Shown piece by piece: positions 1 through 12,240 of a DNA stretch of 64,000 bases. Every line of letters begins with the position of its first letter. The first letter of the stretch is position 1. The notes under the pieces were generated by a model, which saw only the letters and a list, made by a program, of their open reading frames with translations, was not told where the DNA came from and did no database searches. The translations under genes and the position numbers were made by a program. This DNA is from Phoronis australis (taxonomy: Eukaryota > Animalia > Phoronida): NCBI GenBank assembly GCA_002633005.1, contig NMRA01000251.1, positions 314,307-378,306 on the forward strand, in the 5' to 3' direction.

Positions 1-124
1 TTAAGTAATGGTAATTTAGATGAATACCAGCAACTTGGAGTAACTGGTTAACCATAACATTTTCTTGGTAACATCCTACCTGAAGTGGGTGGGTATGTTA
101 AGGGTGGCAGGTGCGTTTGCGAGT

Positions 125-126
125 TC

Positions 127-174
<48 letters not shown>

Positions 175-201
175 ATGTATGTGCGTGTGTGTGTGTGTGT
201 T
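125..201. repeat. (GT)n microsatellite, interrupted
   Basis: direct reading. Confidence 0.95.
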
Positions 202-995
202 TGTTAAGGGTGAACACAGCTTGAATTTGTGTCGTTCATTTCTTTGTATTCATGTTCTTTATTTCAAAATTGTGTGAAACAGGCAATCTGTCCTTAATAC
301 TTACGGATTTTGCAATTCGAAGTACATGTATGCCACAGAAATGTGTAGACCTTACGTATCTTTCACCCTGTTTGCGTTTGTCTTATTTTAATATTATTTT
401 CCATGGTAAGTATTAGTAATTAGGTCGAGATTCCACGAAACCTCATTACATATGAAAGCAATTGAGTGGGTACACACAATGCTTAAGTGTGCTGTCACTC
501 ACTATAATCGCAATTTTAGTGTTGGATACACCATGAGAAATAATTAAACTGCGCAATTCATATTAAATTCAGTTACATGTAAGTTTGAAAGCATTTGGAG
601 TTGATTTTTAGACCATTACTTGGGCTTAGGTTTCGAATGGATGAATTAACTTGAGTTAAATCCGTTTATGATGTTTTTACTTTAAATGAAGTGTACCTTT
701 AAAAAGCCCATATAATTAGCAACTGTATTTTATGAACTAAGGTAACAGACAAAGTCGACTGACTCAGCTTATACAGGTTATCTGTCTCTATTTAAAAATG
801 TATATTTAGTGCTAACCAATGACAATGCAATGATATATACTGTTATACTTGTTCACAGTCATTTACAGTGTTCACAAGGCTTATACTGTATCAAATCCAT
901 GGGGATTTTAACTGCGCCGTTTCCTGTTTGGGTTCAATATCTTTGTTCTCCATTGCAATGTTTTGTACCGTGTTGTATTGCATGGTTTCCAGCTG

Positions 996-1091
996 TTATC
1001 TAGAGCCCGAGTGGATTTTGGAGAATTATCGCCCGAGGGGCGTCTGCCACGAGGGTGATAATTCTCCAAAATCCACGAGGGCTCTAGATAA
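996..1091 (+). repeat. Long inverted repeat/hairpin with tandem GA/GA mismatches, probably part of a non-autonomous DNA element
   Basis: ttatctagagccc-GA-gtggattttggagaattatc pairs with gataattctccaaaatccac-GA-gggctctagataa. Confidence 0.8.
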
Positions 1092-1667
1092 GGGTGATAA
1101 CGGCTGAGAACATGTAATAATTTATTTATACCACATACTCAACGAAAAAGCATTGCAATGAATCGATTTACCTTTTCTGATTCTCCATGGCTTTGTAACT
1201 ACTTTCTATGTCAGAGGCCCGGGGTCGGAGGTCGTGACCTTTTAAGAAAAGCCCGGCTATTTTTGTCAAATAATGCTTTTACTCAAAACCAATTGAAAAC
1301 TTAAATATTATAGAAGTAAATTGAATTCATAAATTAAGGCTTACCAACTATTATAGCTTAAAACACATTTTTTTCACGCTAAGCTTCGACCGGGAAATTA
1401 TCGTCTGCTAAAGTAGGTTACCACTGGTAACTGAATATAATTCTCAAGTCAAAGATCCTGACGACAAGATACCCGAATTCAAACTGGAGATCAGTGATTT
1501 ACAAGTAAGAGGACATGAGAAAAAAAATCACCGAATTAAGACATCATTTCTATGGAAATTATGTCTTATTTTTCGTAGCGTATAAGTACAGCACAATGCG
1601 GTTTGTTGAACATGGGATTATTGCGCGTGCTCATTTAAGTATTCTATTTTCACTCTTGATGACGTCA

Positions 1668-1740
1668 GTCGCTGCGTGGTCTAGTGGTAAAGTCGGCGAC
1701 CAGCAATTTCAGGGTCCCGGGTTCGACCCCATCCTCGGTT
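1668..1740 (+). mobile_element. tRNA-derived SINE-like head / tRNA pseudogene
   Basis: A-box-like TGGTCTAGTGG and B-box-like GGTTCGACCCC at tRNA spacing; no clean cloverleaf. Confidence 0.55.
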
Positions 1741-4579
1741 TCCCGCCAAATCGTTATCTCACTAGTGAGATAACTTTATGGGTTATTACACGGTTGAATT
1801 TGCCATTTGACGCTAATAATGTGATATTCATACAATTATGTTTGGTCTTGTCAGACATTATAAAATTACACAGTATTTGTTGGCGCTCAGCAATTAGCGG
1901 CATTGGCGTTCTTTTGGCCCTTCATCCATGTAATTCTATTACTTGATGTGATGTAAAATTAAACTATGTTCCTCTCCCATTCTATCTGCTCTAAAGGAAA
2001 GCCGTAGATATCGCATATTGCAGTTGAATTTGTGCAAAATGGTGTTCATTTTCTGTGCACTATACGCACACTTTATTATCCATGGTACAGTGAGCGTCCA
2101 CCATTAGAGATGCGTAAATTATTGTTAAGCTCCGTTCTGCTTATCTGGACAGGGTATTCATCCACAAAGATCCATTTTGTTACAGAGACTACTTCTCTTA
2201 CCCACATCTCTCATCATTGCTTGTAACTCATCTGAGGAGGCATAAGTACAACTTTTTGAAAGTCAGAACACGACATTAAAATGATTTCTAAAAATGTAGA
2301 ACTGAAAGCGAATTTAAGGGTAAACACAAGCTTGAGTAGTATACAAACCTCAATTAACTCTCTAATCGCGAATGTTTCTTTTGTGCGCGTCTGTCGCACC
2401 TTCTCTATGTAATGTGTAGCGCTTCAGGGTTTACTTCCACTAGTACTGACAATGCATTGTTTCATGTTCGTGTACGGAAAATGCTATGCATTACAAAACG
2501 CGAAAAAGAGATTCTCCCTACCTGGCAATGTATGCACTTGGGGTAAATACTTAACAACAGAGAACAGCCTGTCGCAACATAGAAAACAAGCAAGTCTCCA
2601 ATCGAGTTCACGGAGCCTCGAAACAGAAAGCAAAACAGGCAACGCGTAGCCACTTATTTCATGAAATTGATTGTTTGGTTTTATCTGGCTAGACACGCGT
2701 GTCTGTCGTTGGGTAGAGCCATGCTACAGGCAGTGTAATAGGGCCGTCGTGGATTACACGGCTAAAACTCTCCTTTGTTCCGGAGATAAGAAAGCGCGTT
2801 ACCTCGTTTGGCATATTTTGTGTGGCTCATTCGTACTAGGAAGACGAAGAATTTCACATCATGCATCCACGGGTATTTGTCCATTTTAGCTAACTTTCTC
2901 ACGTCGCACTGCATGCCACTGCGTAGCTGTAATAAGTCGTTTGCATTGGAAGGACGATTAGATAAATGCAACCGAAAATTTTTTTTAGAAAATCAGACAA
3001 CAACAAATAACATGTGAAACTCCAATGACAATAATAATGTGGCTGACGGATGTTTACGGCATTGCGGTAAATACAGCGAGATCTGAGTGTCGCAGTGTAA
3101 TCCGGGAAGGCCCCTTTTCCCAGCGTTTAGCACAGTGGGTCAGTGCTGTATTGGTGAAATTAGAGTTAAGTATTCGGCCAGATGCCTGTGATTTGGTCAG
3201 TTAAATATGCTTAAATTATTATGTTATTTAATTAAGGGCTGGATTGATAATCAGACTATTTCCAACCCCATTTGTCTCATTGTACCAAAGTAATCTGTTA
3301 TACAGATGATCGAAGTTAACTTATGAGGCTGAAGTGAATTTAACAATAGGTTAAAGGACAATAGTAAGAGCAATCTCTGGTAGATCTTTGGCTATGAAAG
3401 CGAGCGTCCCCAAGTAATGAGAGCCTGTATCTCTGGACATTTTTGGTTCAGATTCCTGAACACTGTGGAATTACATTGTACAGTGTACCTGTAAGGACAC
3501 TGGCAGTAATGAGTTTTCATACCGTGACATTACCTTTACAGAAGCAGAGAGGAGAGGATTTATTATATTCTTGTTGAAAAGGCGACTGGTATGCTTGGAT
3601 TGCTGAATGTTGACACACTGGTGATGCTTTCACAGCATACACGGACATTCTGTACAGATTGAAGCATGGTTGCGAGATTACTTTACTTTTAAAGTACTTA
3701 AAGCGACAAAAGACATGTGCTTCCTGTAAGTAAATGTTTTTTAATTTAGGCCACTTACACAGTATGACCTGAACTTTATGAGCTTGGTCTGAAAATTAAA
3801 GCGATAAAAGTTCTTCACGACCACTGACATCATTTCTATACAAGAAAGAAGATAACACCAATTTTGTAATTTTACATGTAAGTGTACTACCTAAGTCTTG
3901 TTCCAGAGAGAAAGCAAGGGTTTCATATTGGCTTAAATTACCCCATGTAAATCAAAGATGAACTGTACATATAGTTTGCCCTGAACGTTGTTCAGCATAA
4001 TTATGCAGTTGTCACAATATCCAGTTACGAAAAACGTGTATTGTAGAGTCACGCGGGTGAGGTCCGTACACGTAAGAATCTGCCGAAGGAATGTGAAGCG
4101 ACCACTACATGTATGTCTAAGCAATAAAAGTGCCTCAGAATATATGCAGTGCAAGGACAGATGTTTGATTTTAAGGTATTTGCTGACTGAGATGAAGTAT
4201 GACTCTTTGTGGGTTTGTTATTGCAATTTGAAAGTGACTAAAAAGGGGGTTGCGTCATATCCACAGGCAATACTAGTTAACGTTTATACGAATATCTGAC
4301 GAGTACCTTGACGTTTCAAAGGTGATATCCGCTGACAAGTGCATTGTTTTCCCATCGTCAGGTGTTAACTGGTATGTCGCTTGTCAGTCACTGATTGTTT
4401 ATGCAGTGGCGGATCTAGGATATCACAAGGGTGAGGGGGTTTGCCCCCCCCCTCCTGCCCAGGAAAGTTTTCTGTTTTTACCTCTAAAAATCAAGCATTT
4501 TCCTTGATTCCTGAAGTATTATCCAAGAAAAAAAGGCAAAAAAAAACACGGAGAACGTGTCAAACAGGAAAAACTTCAA

Positions 4580-4646
4580 GTACCAAAGACTCGAACTCAC
4601 GACCTGACGAATAGAGCGCGCTTGCGTTACCTCTACACCACCACGA
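4580..4646 (-). mobile_element. tRNA-derived SINE-like head
   Basis: minus strand TGGTGTAGAGG ... GAGTTCGAGTC (A/B-box-like). Confidence 0.45.
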
Positions 4647-5082
4647 TTTAACTACTAATCGCATACTAAGAGACCTACTTGTGTATGGTCCACAGCGTTT
4701 GCGCACGAATTCTACTTCTTTTTGTAATGCTTATTTCACGTTTTATATTTTGTGCCATCAATTCTTAACAAGTTTGTCGTATTTAAAATAGTCTTTAAAT
4801 GCCCAAAAGACCAAATCCGTTTTTCGTGTTGGCAATAATGACGGGATTGCTTTGGAAATCGTCTTAAGATAAAGTTTGACAAAGAGAGTATTGCGAGTTT
4901 CCGAGTGATTCACTAAGGCTTCGATTAAAATTCACATCTTACCAGCAGCTTCTGTTTCACTCAGGTTCCATTTTCATTAAAAAATGAAGTAAATTTCTTC
5001 ATTGCACAGTGGAGCAGATGACGGAGACGGAGTCGTAGTGCGCAGCGCCACTGCCGGTCGCCTGGGATATCGCGGGAGAGCC

Positions 5083-5323
5083 NNNNNNNNNNNNNNNNNN
5101 NNNNNNNNNNNNNNNNNNNNNNNNNNNNNNNNNNNNNNNNNNNNNNNNNNNNNNNNNNNNNNNNNNNNNNNNNNNNNNNNNNNNNNNNNNNNNNNNNNNN
5201 NNNNNNNNNNNNNNNNNNNNNNNNNNNNNNNNNNNNNNNNNNNNNNNNNNNNNNNNNNNNNNNNNNNNNNNNNNNNNNNNNNNNNNNNNNNNNNNNNNNN
5301 NNNNNNNNNNNNNNNNNNNNNNN
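5083..5323. other. Assembly gap (N run)
   Basis: 241 N. Confidence 0.99.
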
Positions 5324-5866
5324 NGCCCCCCCCCCTCCCCAAGACTGAAACTGCACACATTTAAATCTTTTTTCATCCGTATAATTTTAATTACCGGGGT
5401 TAATTAATGAACTCAACATTTCCCCACGCTCTTACTGTTTGATGGTTTATGTTCCTATGGACTTACGAAATAGAGAAAAACTTACACATTAAGTTCCGCA
5501 CAAAACTAACACTAGGTTACTAAGCTTAAAATTGATGGTGGCGGTGATAACAACACACTTCTCAATCATATTCCACTCTCTTAAAGGTTATCATAATTAT
5601 TTTCTGTAGACACTCTTATGTGGAGTGTCCCATGGCTTGAAACGTTTCCAGTCCAAGCAATCACAAATGCGACTTTCATGAAAAACTTGTTCCAAGATAT
5701 CAGGTTTTCTAAACGATGCACCCCCGGGTTCTATTTCATGAATTAAGGGTTGCTCTTATACTCCTCAGAGGTATTTCTTAAAAACAGGTCTTTCTTGAGC
5801 AAAGACTCTCATTTAAAGTGTTGAGTGGGCGTACCCCAGACCCTGTTTGTTAGTTCAATACCTTAA

Positions 5867-7534
5867 AGGAGAATGCCACCCGATTTAATTAGTCTTTTTT
5901 GCCGTCTTAATCGATCTATATCCACATCGCCTCGCATACCGTCGACCTTACCTTGCCAAGAGGTGTCGCGTTAACCTGTGAGGAAGGTGAGAAACGACGC
6001 TAGCGACGTCAGTGGTTCATATGCAGAGTGAATGCCGCTATGTTGCGGTGCATCGTTCCCACTTGTCCGAACTAAGCAGATGCGAGGAAAACGGGTATAT
6101 CGTTTTTTTACTTCCTCGAGAGTCCGAAAAGCTTAGAAAGTGGCTCATGGTAGTGAGGAATGAAATGTACGCTGTAAATAGCAAGCATGAGGCCGTGAAA
6201 CATCTCCGTGTCTGTTGCCTGCAGACGTCGACAGTGCCTGACAAATGCCGGCTTATAAAATAACTCCATACGTTCCGTTGTCTGAGCTTGTTCACGGCGC
6301 CTCTCTAGTATTTCTTCATCACACTATTCCTGTTCGAATTGATAGCCTGTGAAACTTAACGATCCACCTGCGATGTCGGGAGTGATGAGCTCCAGCTCGT
6401 CCTAAGTCGGGATTGCGAGTTGCCATGTTGGCGTTTATTACTGAGCGTTCTGTTTCAAAATGAATTATTCTCACCCTAACCAATACTTATATTAAAACTG
6501 AAACAAAGTCTGTCTCAGATGCAATTTTTAATGCCTTTGGAGTGTTCGTGAGTGCAAATGATTTGAGAAGCCAGCAATTAATAAATCTCTGCGTTACCGG
6601 CTTTAGGTGCAATAAAACTAATTGACGGGACACCGAGGCCGTGTGAGTTCAACTTAGTGTTGGCTGGCAGAAACTGTTGTGAAACAAATCGATTTTCATC
6701 CCACGGCCAGGTGTTAGGGGAATCTTTATTTACATTTACATTACTCAAATAATGATTGTCATTGTATAACTTCTGCCCTGAAGGTGCTGTGGCCAAAGCG
6801 GAACCTGAATTCAGGGCCCCCGACGAGAAAGTAGATTTGCAGTTTCGAGGCTAATTCACAAACAACACGTGCACACTGCTCGGCTCACTAGTATAGTATT
6901 ATCTTGACTGGAAGTTTAGTTTCCACTGAACTTTGGCTGATTTATGTTCGTGATGTCTGATCAGTTTCCGAGCCACTGACATGCCTGGGATAACGAGTCA
7001 ACCCGGCCGGCCGCGACGGGCCTGATCGGGCTCCGAGTCAATGGCCAGGATAACATTGTCAAGCGTTTTGTCACTCGAAAAATCACAAGTCTAAACAACA
7101 CAGATATAGGTTCTCCTGTCTGTATCGCACGGAAAATACTTCGAAATTATCTCCGAACAGAAAACTGCTGCTGCGGACCTTATTCGCCTGCCGAACTTTG
7201 TAGGCTACGGTGTGTCCAAATACCAATAAATCCGTATCAGCGAAATAAAACAACACATTTTTATAAGAACTCGGCGTATTTTTAAGGGTTTTACATCGAA
7301 GTTTGATGATTTATTGGTGTTAAGCGATGACTTCAAGCGATAAGCTGACACCAGTAACCCGTGTTGTGAACAGCTGAACAGACTGCGTTTGAAACCAATG
7401 ACGTCTTTGTACAATTTGAACACCTCCGTCTGCCGTCAGGTGTCAGGTAACGCAACCGTACGTGTCGTTATGGAGTAGAACTACTCGATCTAAATTGATA
7501 CAAATTAGGTTGTTTTTTTGGGTGGCATGCTCCT
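5867..7534 (+). mobile_element. Non-autonomous Kolobok-like DNA transposon with decayed THAP domain
   Basis: TTAA at 5863-5866 and 7535-7538; TIRs aggagaatgccaccc / gggtggcatgctcct (14/15); broken THAP frame RCIVPTCPN*..GISFF / LPRESEKLRKWL..LRVC at about 6046-6223. TTAA TSD with AG..CT ends fits Kolobok better than piggyBac (CC..GG). Confidence 0.8.
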
Positions 7535-9407
7535 TTAAGTCCAAGTAACATTTAAACCTGAGCCTAAATGATGTCTCAAGAGAAAACAAGACATGAGAGC
7601 ACGAGGCGAGATATCTCCGTAGGAAGTGGTTGGCTATATGAATTCGAATTTTATCACTTATAAAAGGCGAGAGTTGAGCAGATGTCGGGATTATCATTTA
7701 TTTACAATTTCAAGTGTGTTTCATTACCCGATACTGATACTGTTTGTTTGTACTTGTTTTCGCTGGGAAGGATGGTTACATGCGTACTTTGTCAAACAGG
7801 GAATGAAATATATCTTAGTGGCGTACAAATGTTACAAACGCGACTTTAATTTACGTCTAACCTACAGTATGCTTTAGAGCAAATGGTCATACTCGGGCAC
7901 CAACCATTCTCGTGTGTCGATTACAAGTACATGTACATGAAAAATCTAATGCGTTCCTTGACATGATTCTCCGGGGTATTGTTATAGTTTGAAGTAGATT
8001 TGTGCCTCATTGATCAGTTGTTCCCTGGAAATTTGACTGTGTCACCGTAGGCAAACTTTTGAAACCATAAATTCTCAATCTTTCACGTCATGAACGGTCA
8101 ATACAGAAGTAACCCGCAAGCTCATTCAATACAAAGTATATTCGTCTATTTTTCGTGTGTTATGTTATCGTGTACATTACACTGTCGTAGGGAAACAAGA
8201 AATACATACAATGTAGAATGAGCGTGATGCAACCATAGGTTTACTGAAATGTCTCCCCTACAACAAATGATAGGATACTGGTGACGAGTAAAAAATCCCT
8301 GGTTGCCGTACAGGCTGAACACGTGAGGAGTGTGTCTGTCCTTTTATTTAGTGGAACGATAATGTCTGATCAAAACCGAGAAATCTACTCAGTGAATCAT
8401 TTTGATACCGTTGGACTTCTTGGCCATAAAACTGGTAGTGTGGTGATAAAACATCAATCACTTTGCATATTTCCAGTTTTTGCTGCAACAGCTGTAACCC
8501 AAGAATACTGAAGCAATGGTGTGACCAGTGATACGGCAATATACACGAAAGTTACACAAAACTTGGGAAGAAGACAGGGTCGAACGTCACTATCAACAGT
8601 CCAACACCTGAAACCTTCGGCATCTTCAGTCTTCATCACCGAGCCGTCCTCACGCGTTTCACGAACTTCACGAAAAATAATAGTTACAAAGGCTCACCAC
8701 ATTAATAAATATCGCTCAGCACTTAGGAAGTATATTTAACAAAACATCAGAAAGTACAGCGTCAGTGTTCACACAACAGTTCATCACACACGTGTGCTCA
8801 CCATCGCCGATCAACTAGAACTCTCGAATACACTCAAAACTGCCACCTAGTGGGGAATAACTAACACCAGTCTCTGATGAATTATTTAGTACAGCACTTT
8901 AGTTATCCTTAGAGTTTTATGTAACCTTAATCAGAGGGAGGCTGAGTGAAATTTATTGTCTTTACTCCAACAAAAAGATCCACCACCCGTCAGTTGATTT
9001 ACATGCATTCGAGTTTGAAGTTTTGTTTTTGGTTAAATTTGCTCTTCATAGGACTAAAAACAGTTCGAACATTCCATTTCTCTCCTCACATGTATGAGGG
9101 ATAACGTATATTTATCATAGCTGTGGGTTATTTTATCCAAATACGCTATATGCAAGCCGATTTAGGGCCTAAACGAGGGCTTGCATATCGAGACCGGAAA
9201 AGTTGGCGGCAAGTACCGTACGATGTACACGGTCAGCAACACATTGTATTGTATTCGATTTTACTAGTCAACATTTTCGGGTTTTAGACTTTATTTCACG
9301 GCTATACTTAAATTCTGTTCCGAAATCGAATTATCAAAAAGTATTTCGGCAACAGGTTAACATTACTCAAAATGATTATACAGAAACAACTGGCGCGGGC
9401 GCGCACA

Positions 9408-9412
<5 letters not shown>

Positions 9413-9472
<60 letters not shown>
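9413..9472. repeat. (CA)n microsatellite
   Basis: direct reading. Confidence 0.97.
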
Positions 9473-9475
<3 letters not shown>

Positions 9476-10879
9476 GCTACGCAATTTAGAGTAGTTTTTT
9501 GGAAAGTCTTGTAAACGCAACTGCTGTAACAGCCAAATTTTTCATATGTAGTTGCAGAACCAACGCTCAGGAACAAAATGTTAAATCTTTTCCTAAAATG
9601 CAGCAACATGGTTTTAACACCCACTCCTAGCATGTCGTTTGATAGTTTGGCGAATGTGATTCCAAGACTGGGGTCAAAAAAAAATAACAGAGACCAGACT
9701 TATTCCCGGTACCTGGGCAGATGGACCACGGGTCGGTTTCACTTGATGAGCTAATATATCAACATGAAAGCGAAGCAATGTACTCATGATTGATTTGATA
9801 ACTATAACACTCGGTCAAAACTGAGTTCACTGTGATACATGTATATATTTATTGAAGGATACACAGAACATACAAAGAAATAATAACAAACCCAGAAACC
9901 GCGAAGCATTATATCTGGGTTGTAAATAATTCATATATACAGTGTACATAGAGGTATATACAATTAAGTAGTATCTAAAATAAGCATTCCAATACTTAGA
10001 TATGCTATTACAGATATATAAAAACAAAAATATGTACAGATTCATGTAGGGAAATCAGATGCAACAATATTGATAAACGGTACATAAAAATTTACTAATG
10101 TTGCTTAGGAGGAATTCGTTGAGAACGAAGTCAAGGTTAGGACTACCATTCAGTAATAATGTAACCCTAGTAGGGATATTATTACAAGAACTGAGAGCGT
10201 TAACAATTGATTGGTTAAAACTGAGTCGCGCAGACAGCCGGAAATTCATAGTTCAAAGTCTACGTCGCGCCTTAGGGTCGCAAGCTCTAGTAAAAGCAGA
10301 GAAGTTATAAGTTAATGGATTACATTGGTTGCGTGGGGAAGCTGGCATTCCATGGTTAGAGTTCGATGATATTGATTAGTAAATATCGGGGGCTGCCTAT
10401 TTCTGTCAAAGATTGTTTTGCTGACCATAAATATTTGTGTTAGTTGAAAAAATCAAAACCCAAAACTTGTAAAGTCAACGTTTGAATTCTTGATAATTGA
10501 AAGCTAACCTGAAATAATAAATATGTAACGGGGGCGGTACATTGTATCTACGACCAAGGCGCCCCGATTTTACGAGCCCGGTGCAGACTGAGGGTGATGT
10601 CGAAAACTAAAAGTTGGTGAATAATACATAGGTTTATTGTAAGAATATATAACTACAATATTCCACACTTACAAGCAATCCAGTTGTTAACTAATGTTTT
10701 CGTACCTCATGAATGTGGTCCCTTTAAACTGATCGCTCCGAACCCCATCCCAGTATTCACCCCTGTCATTAAACTAATCTGCCTTTTTTCTATGGACTGT
10801 GGGAGTGCAGGGCAATAGGCAGTATATTGTTTTTGGAATTTAAGGTCTCAAACTGCAGAACACACACTACACCAAATAT

Positions 10880-12101
10880 TTTCTTACTTCATCATCTGCA
10901 AATTTATCATGCTACAACCTTCAAACAGATTTCATTAAATTCATTGACCACTGAAACATGGGTGCAAATATTTATAACTAACCTCTGGTGTCTGATGCAG
11001 CAGTTATAAGCACAAGTAGAATTTTGAATATGACAGCTGTAATTTTTGTAAATTATCAGTTGTGCAAATTCATGATGACTATTAAAACATGAGACAAGTT
11101 TGAAAATAATCTACATGTAATGCCCGTAAGGAATTTATGAGCAGAAGCAGTATTTGGAATACTGCTGTCCTTTATTTATATAAATTATGAAAATTCATCA
11201 TGCAACAACTTGTCAACTGATTCCACAGAAACATTGGGTATGGGTAAAGACGTTAAAATAGTTTACTTGGGGTGCCTGGTACTTCAGCTATAAGCAAAGG
11301 TAGAATTTTGAATAATGGTGGCCTTAATTTGCATATATTATGCAAATTTACGATGTATCCACCAGCATTAAATTCACTGACCATGGAAGCATAAGTGAAA
11401 ACATTAAAGTAACCAGTCTGAAGTGCTTGGTAAGGGCGCTTAAGCAAAATATAATTTTGAATAATGGTGGCCTTAATTTGCATTAATTGCGCAAATTTAT
11501 CATACAACAACATGCAAACTGATTTCATTAAACTAATTGACCATAGAAACATAGGTGCAAAAGTAATCTGTGATGATTAGTACCATGGCTATTAAAACAA
11601 GTAAAATTTTGAATAATGGTGGCCTTAATTTGCATATTAAATTATGCAAATTGACAATGTATCCACCCAAAAACTTTCATTATTAAATTTGTGGACCATG
11701 GAAACATAGATGAAAGCACCAAAATAACCTTCCTGCAGTGCTTGGTAAGGAAATTATAAGCAATTAAAATAAAATTTTGCACGGCCTTGATTTGCATAAA
11801 TTATGCAAATTGACAATGTATTTACCTAATAACTTGCACTATTAAATTCATTGACCATGAAAACATAGGTAAAAACGTCAAAATAATCTGGCTGCAGTGC
11901 TTGGTAAGGAAATTATAAACAAAAATAGAATTTTGCACAATGGCGGATTTAACTTGCATATTTAAAACACTGACCAAGGTTTGCGAACGGTCACCCCCCT
12001 AAATCATGATTAACTATGCTGAGGCAACTTGAAACAGCAAAGAAAAAACTTTATCTGGCAAATCCAGGTTTGTAAAAAAACAGCATTTGGCTCCCGGACT
12101 A
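10880..12101 (-). mobile_element. Academ-like non-autonomous element remnant with internal degenerate repeats of about 120-190 bp
   Basis: Repeated aattttgaataatggtggccttaatttgcat / attaaattcattgaccatg blocks; minus-strand terminus TAGTCCGGGAGCCAAATG at 12101. Class recalled from similar ends; the other end was not found. Confidence 0.5.
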
Positions 12102-12195
12102 AAGGGTGGTATTCTGTGTTCAGGAATTTAAATGGCGAAGATGATAAAGCAAGAGTTTGTCAATGTTTACTCTGATATTGTTTCTTTACTTTCAG

Positions 12196-12240
12196 ATTGT
12201 TGGGAGTCATGGGGCTGTCTATGAAGCATATTTCAAACAG
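12196..12240 (+). CDS. EPS15: EPS15 exon (start of EH1): [15 protein letters not shown]
   Basis: ttcag acceptor, GT donor, 45 nt phase 0; resembles the EPS15 N-terminal VYEKYYRQ segment. Confidence 0.85.

Noticed and set aside
1668-1740. Functional tRNA gene
   Set aside because: A/B boxes present but acceptor and anticodon stems do not pair properly; kept as SINE-like
3037-3066. Candidate EPS15 first exon ATG TGG CTG...GCG|GTAAAT (MWLTDVYGIA)
   Set aside because: Phase fits but there is no resemblance to known EPS15 N-termini and the donor is weak
4961-5376. Long ORFs across N runs (also 42339-42968)
   Set aside because: Artefacts of translating gaps
12132-12195. ATGs just upstream of the first EPS15 exon found
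   Set aside because: Both ATGs (12132, 12141) are out of frame with the exon, and a good acceptor precedes 12196
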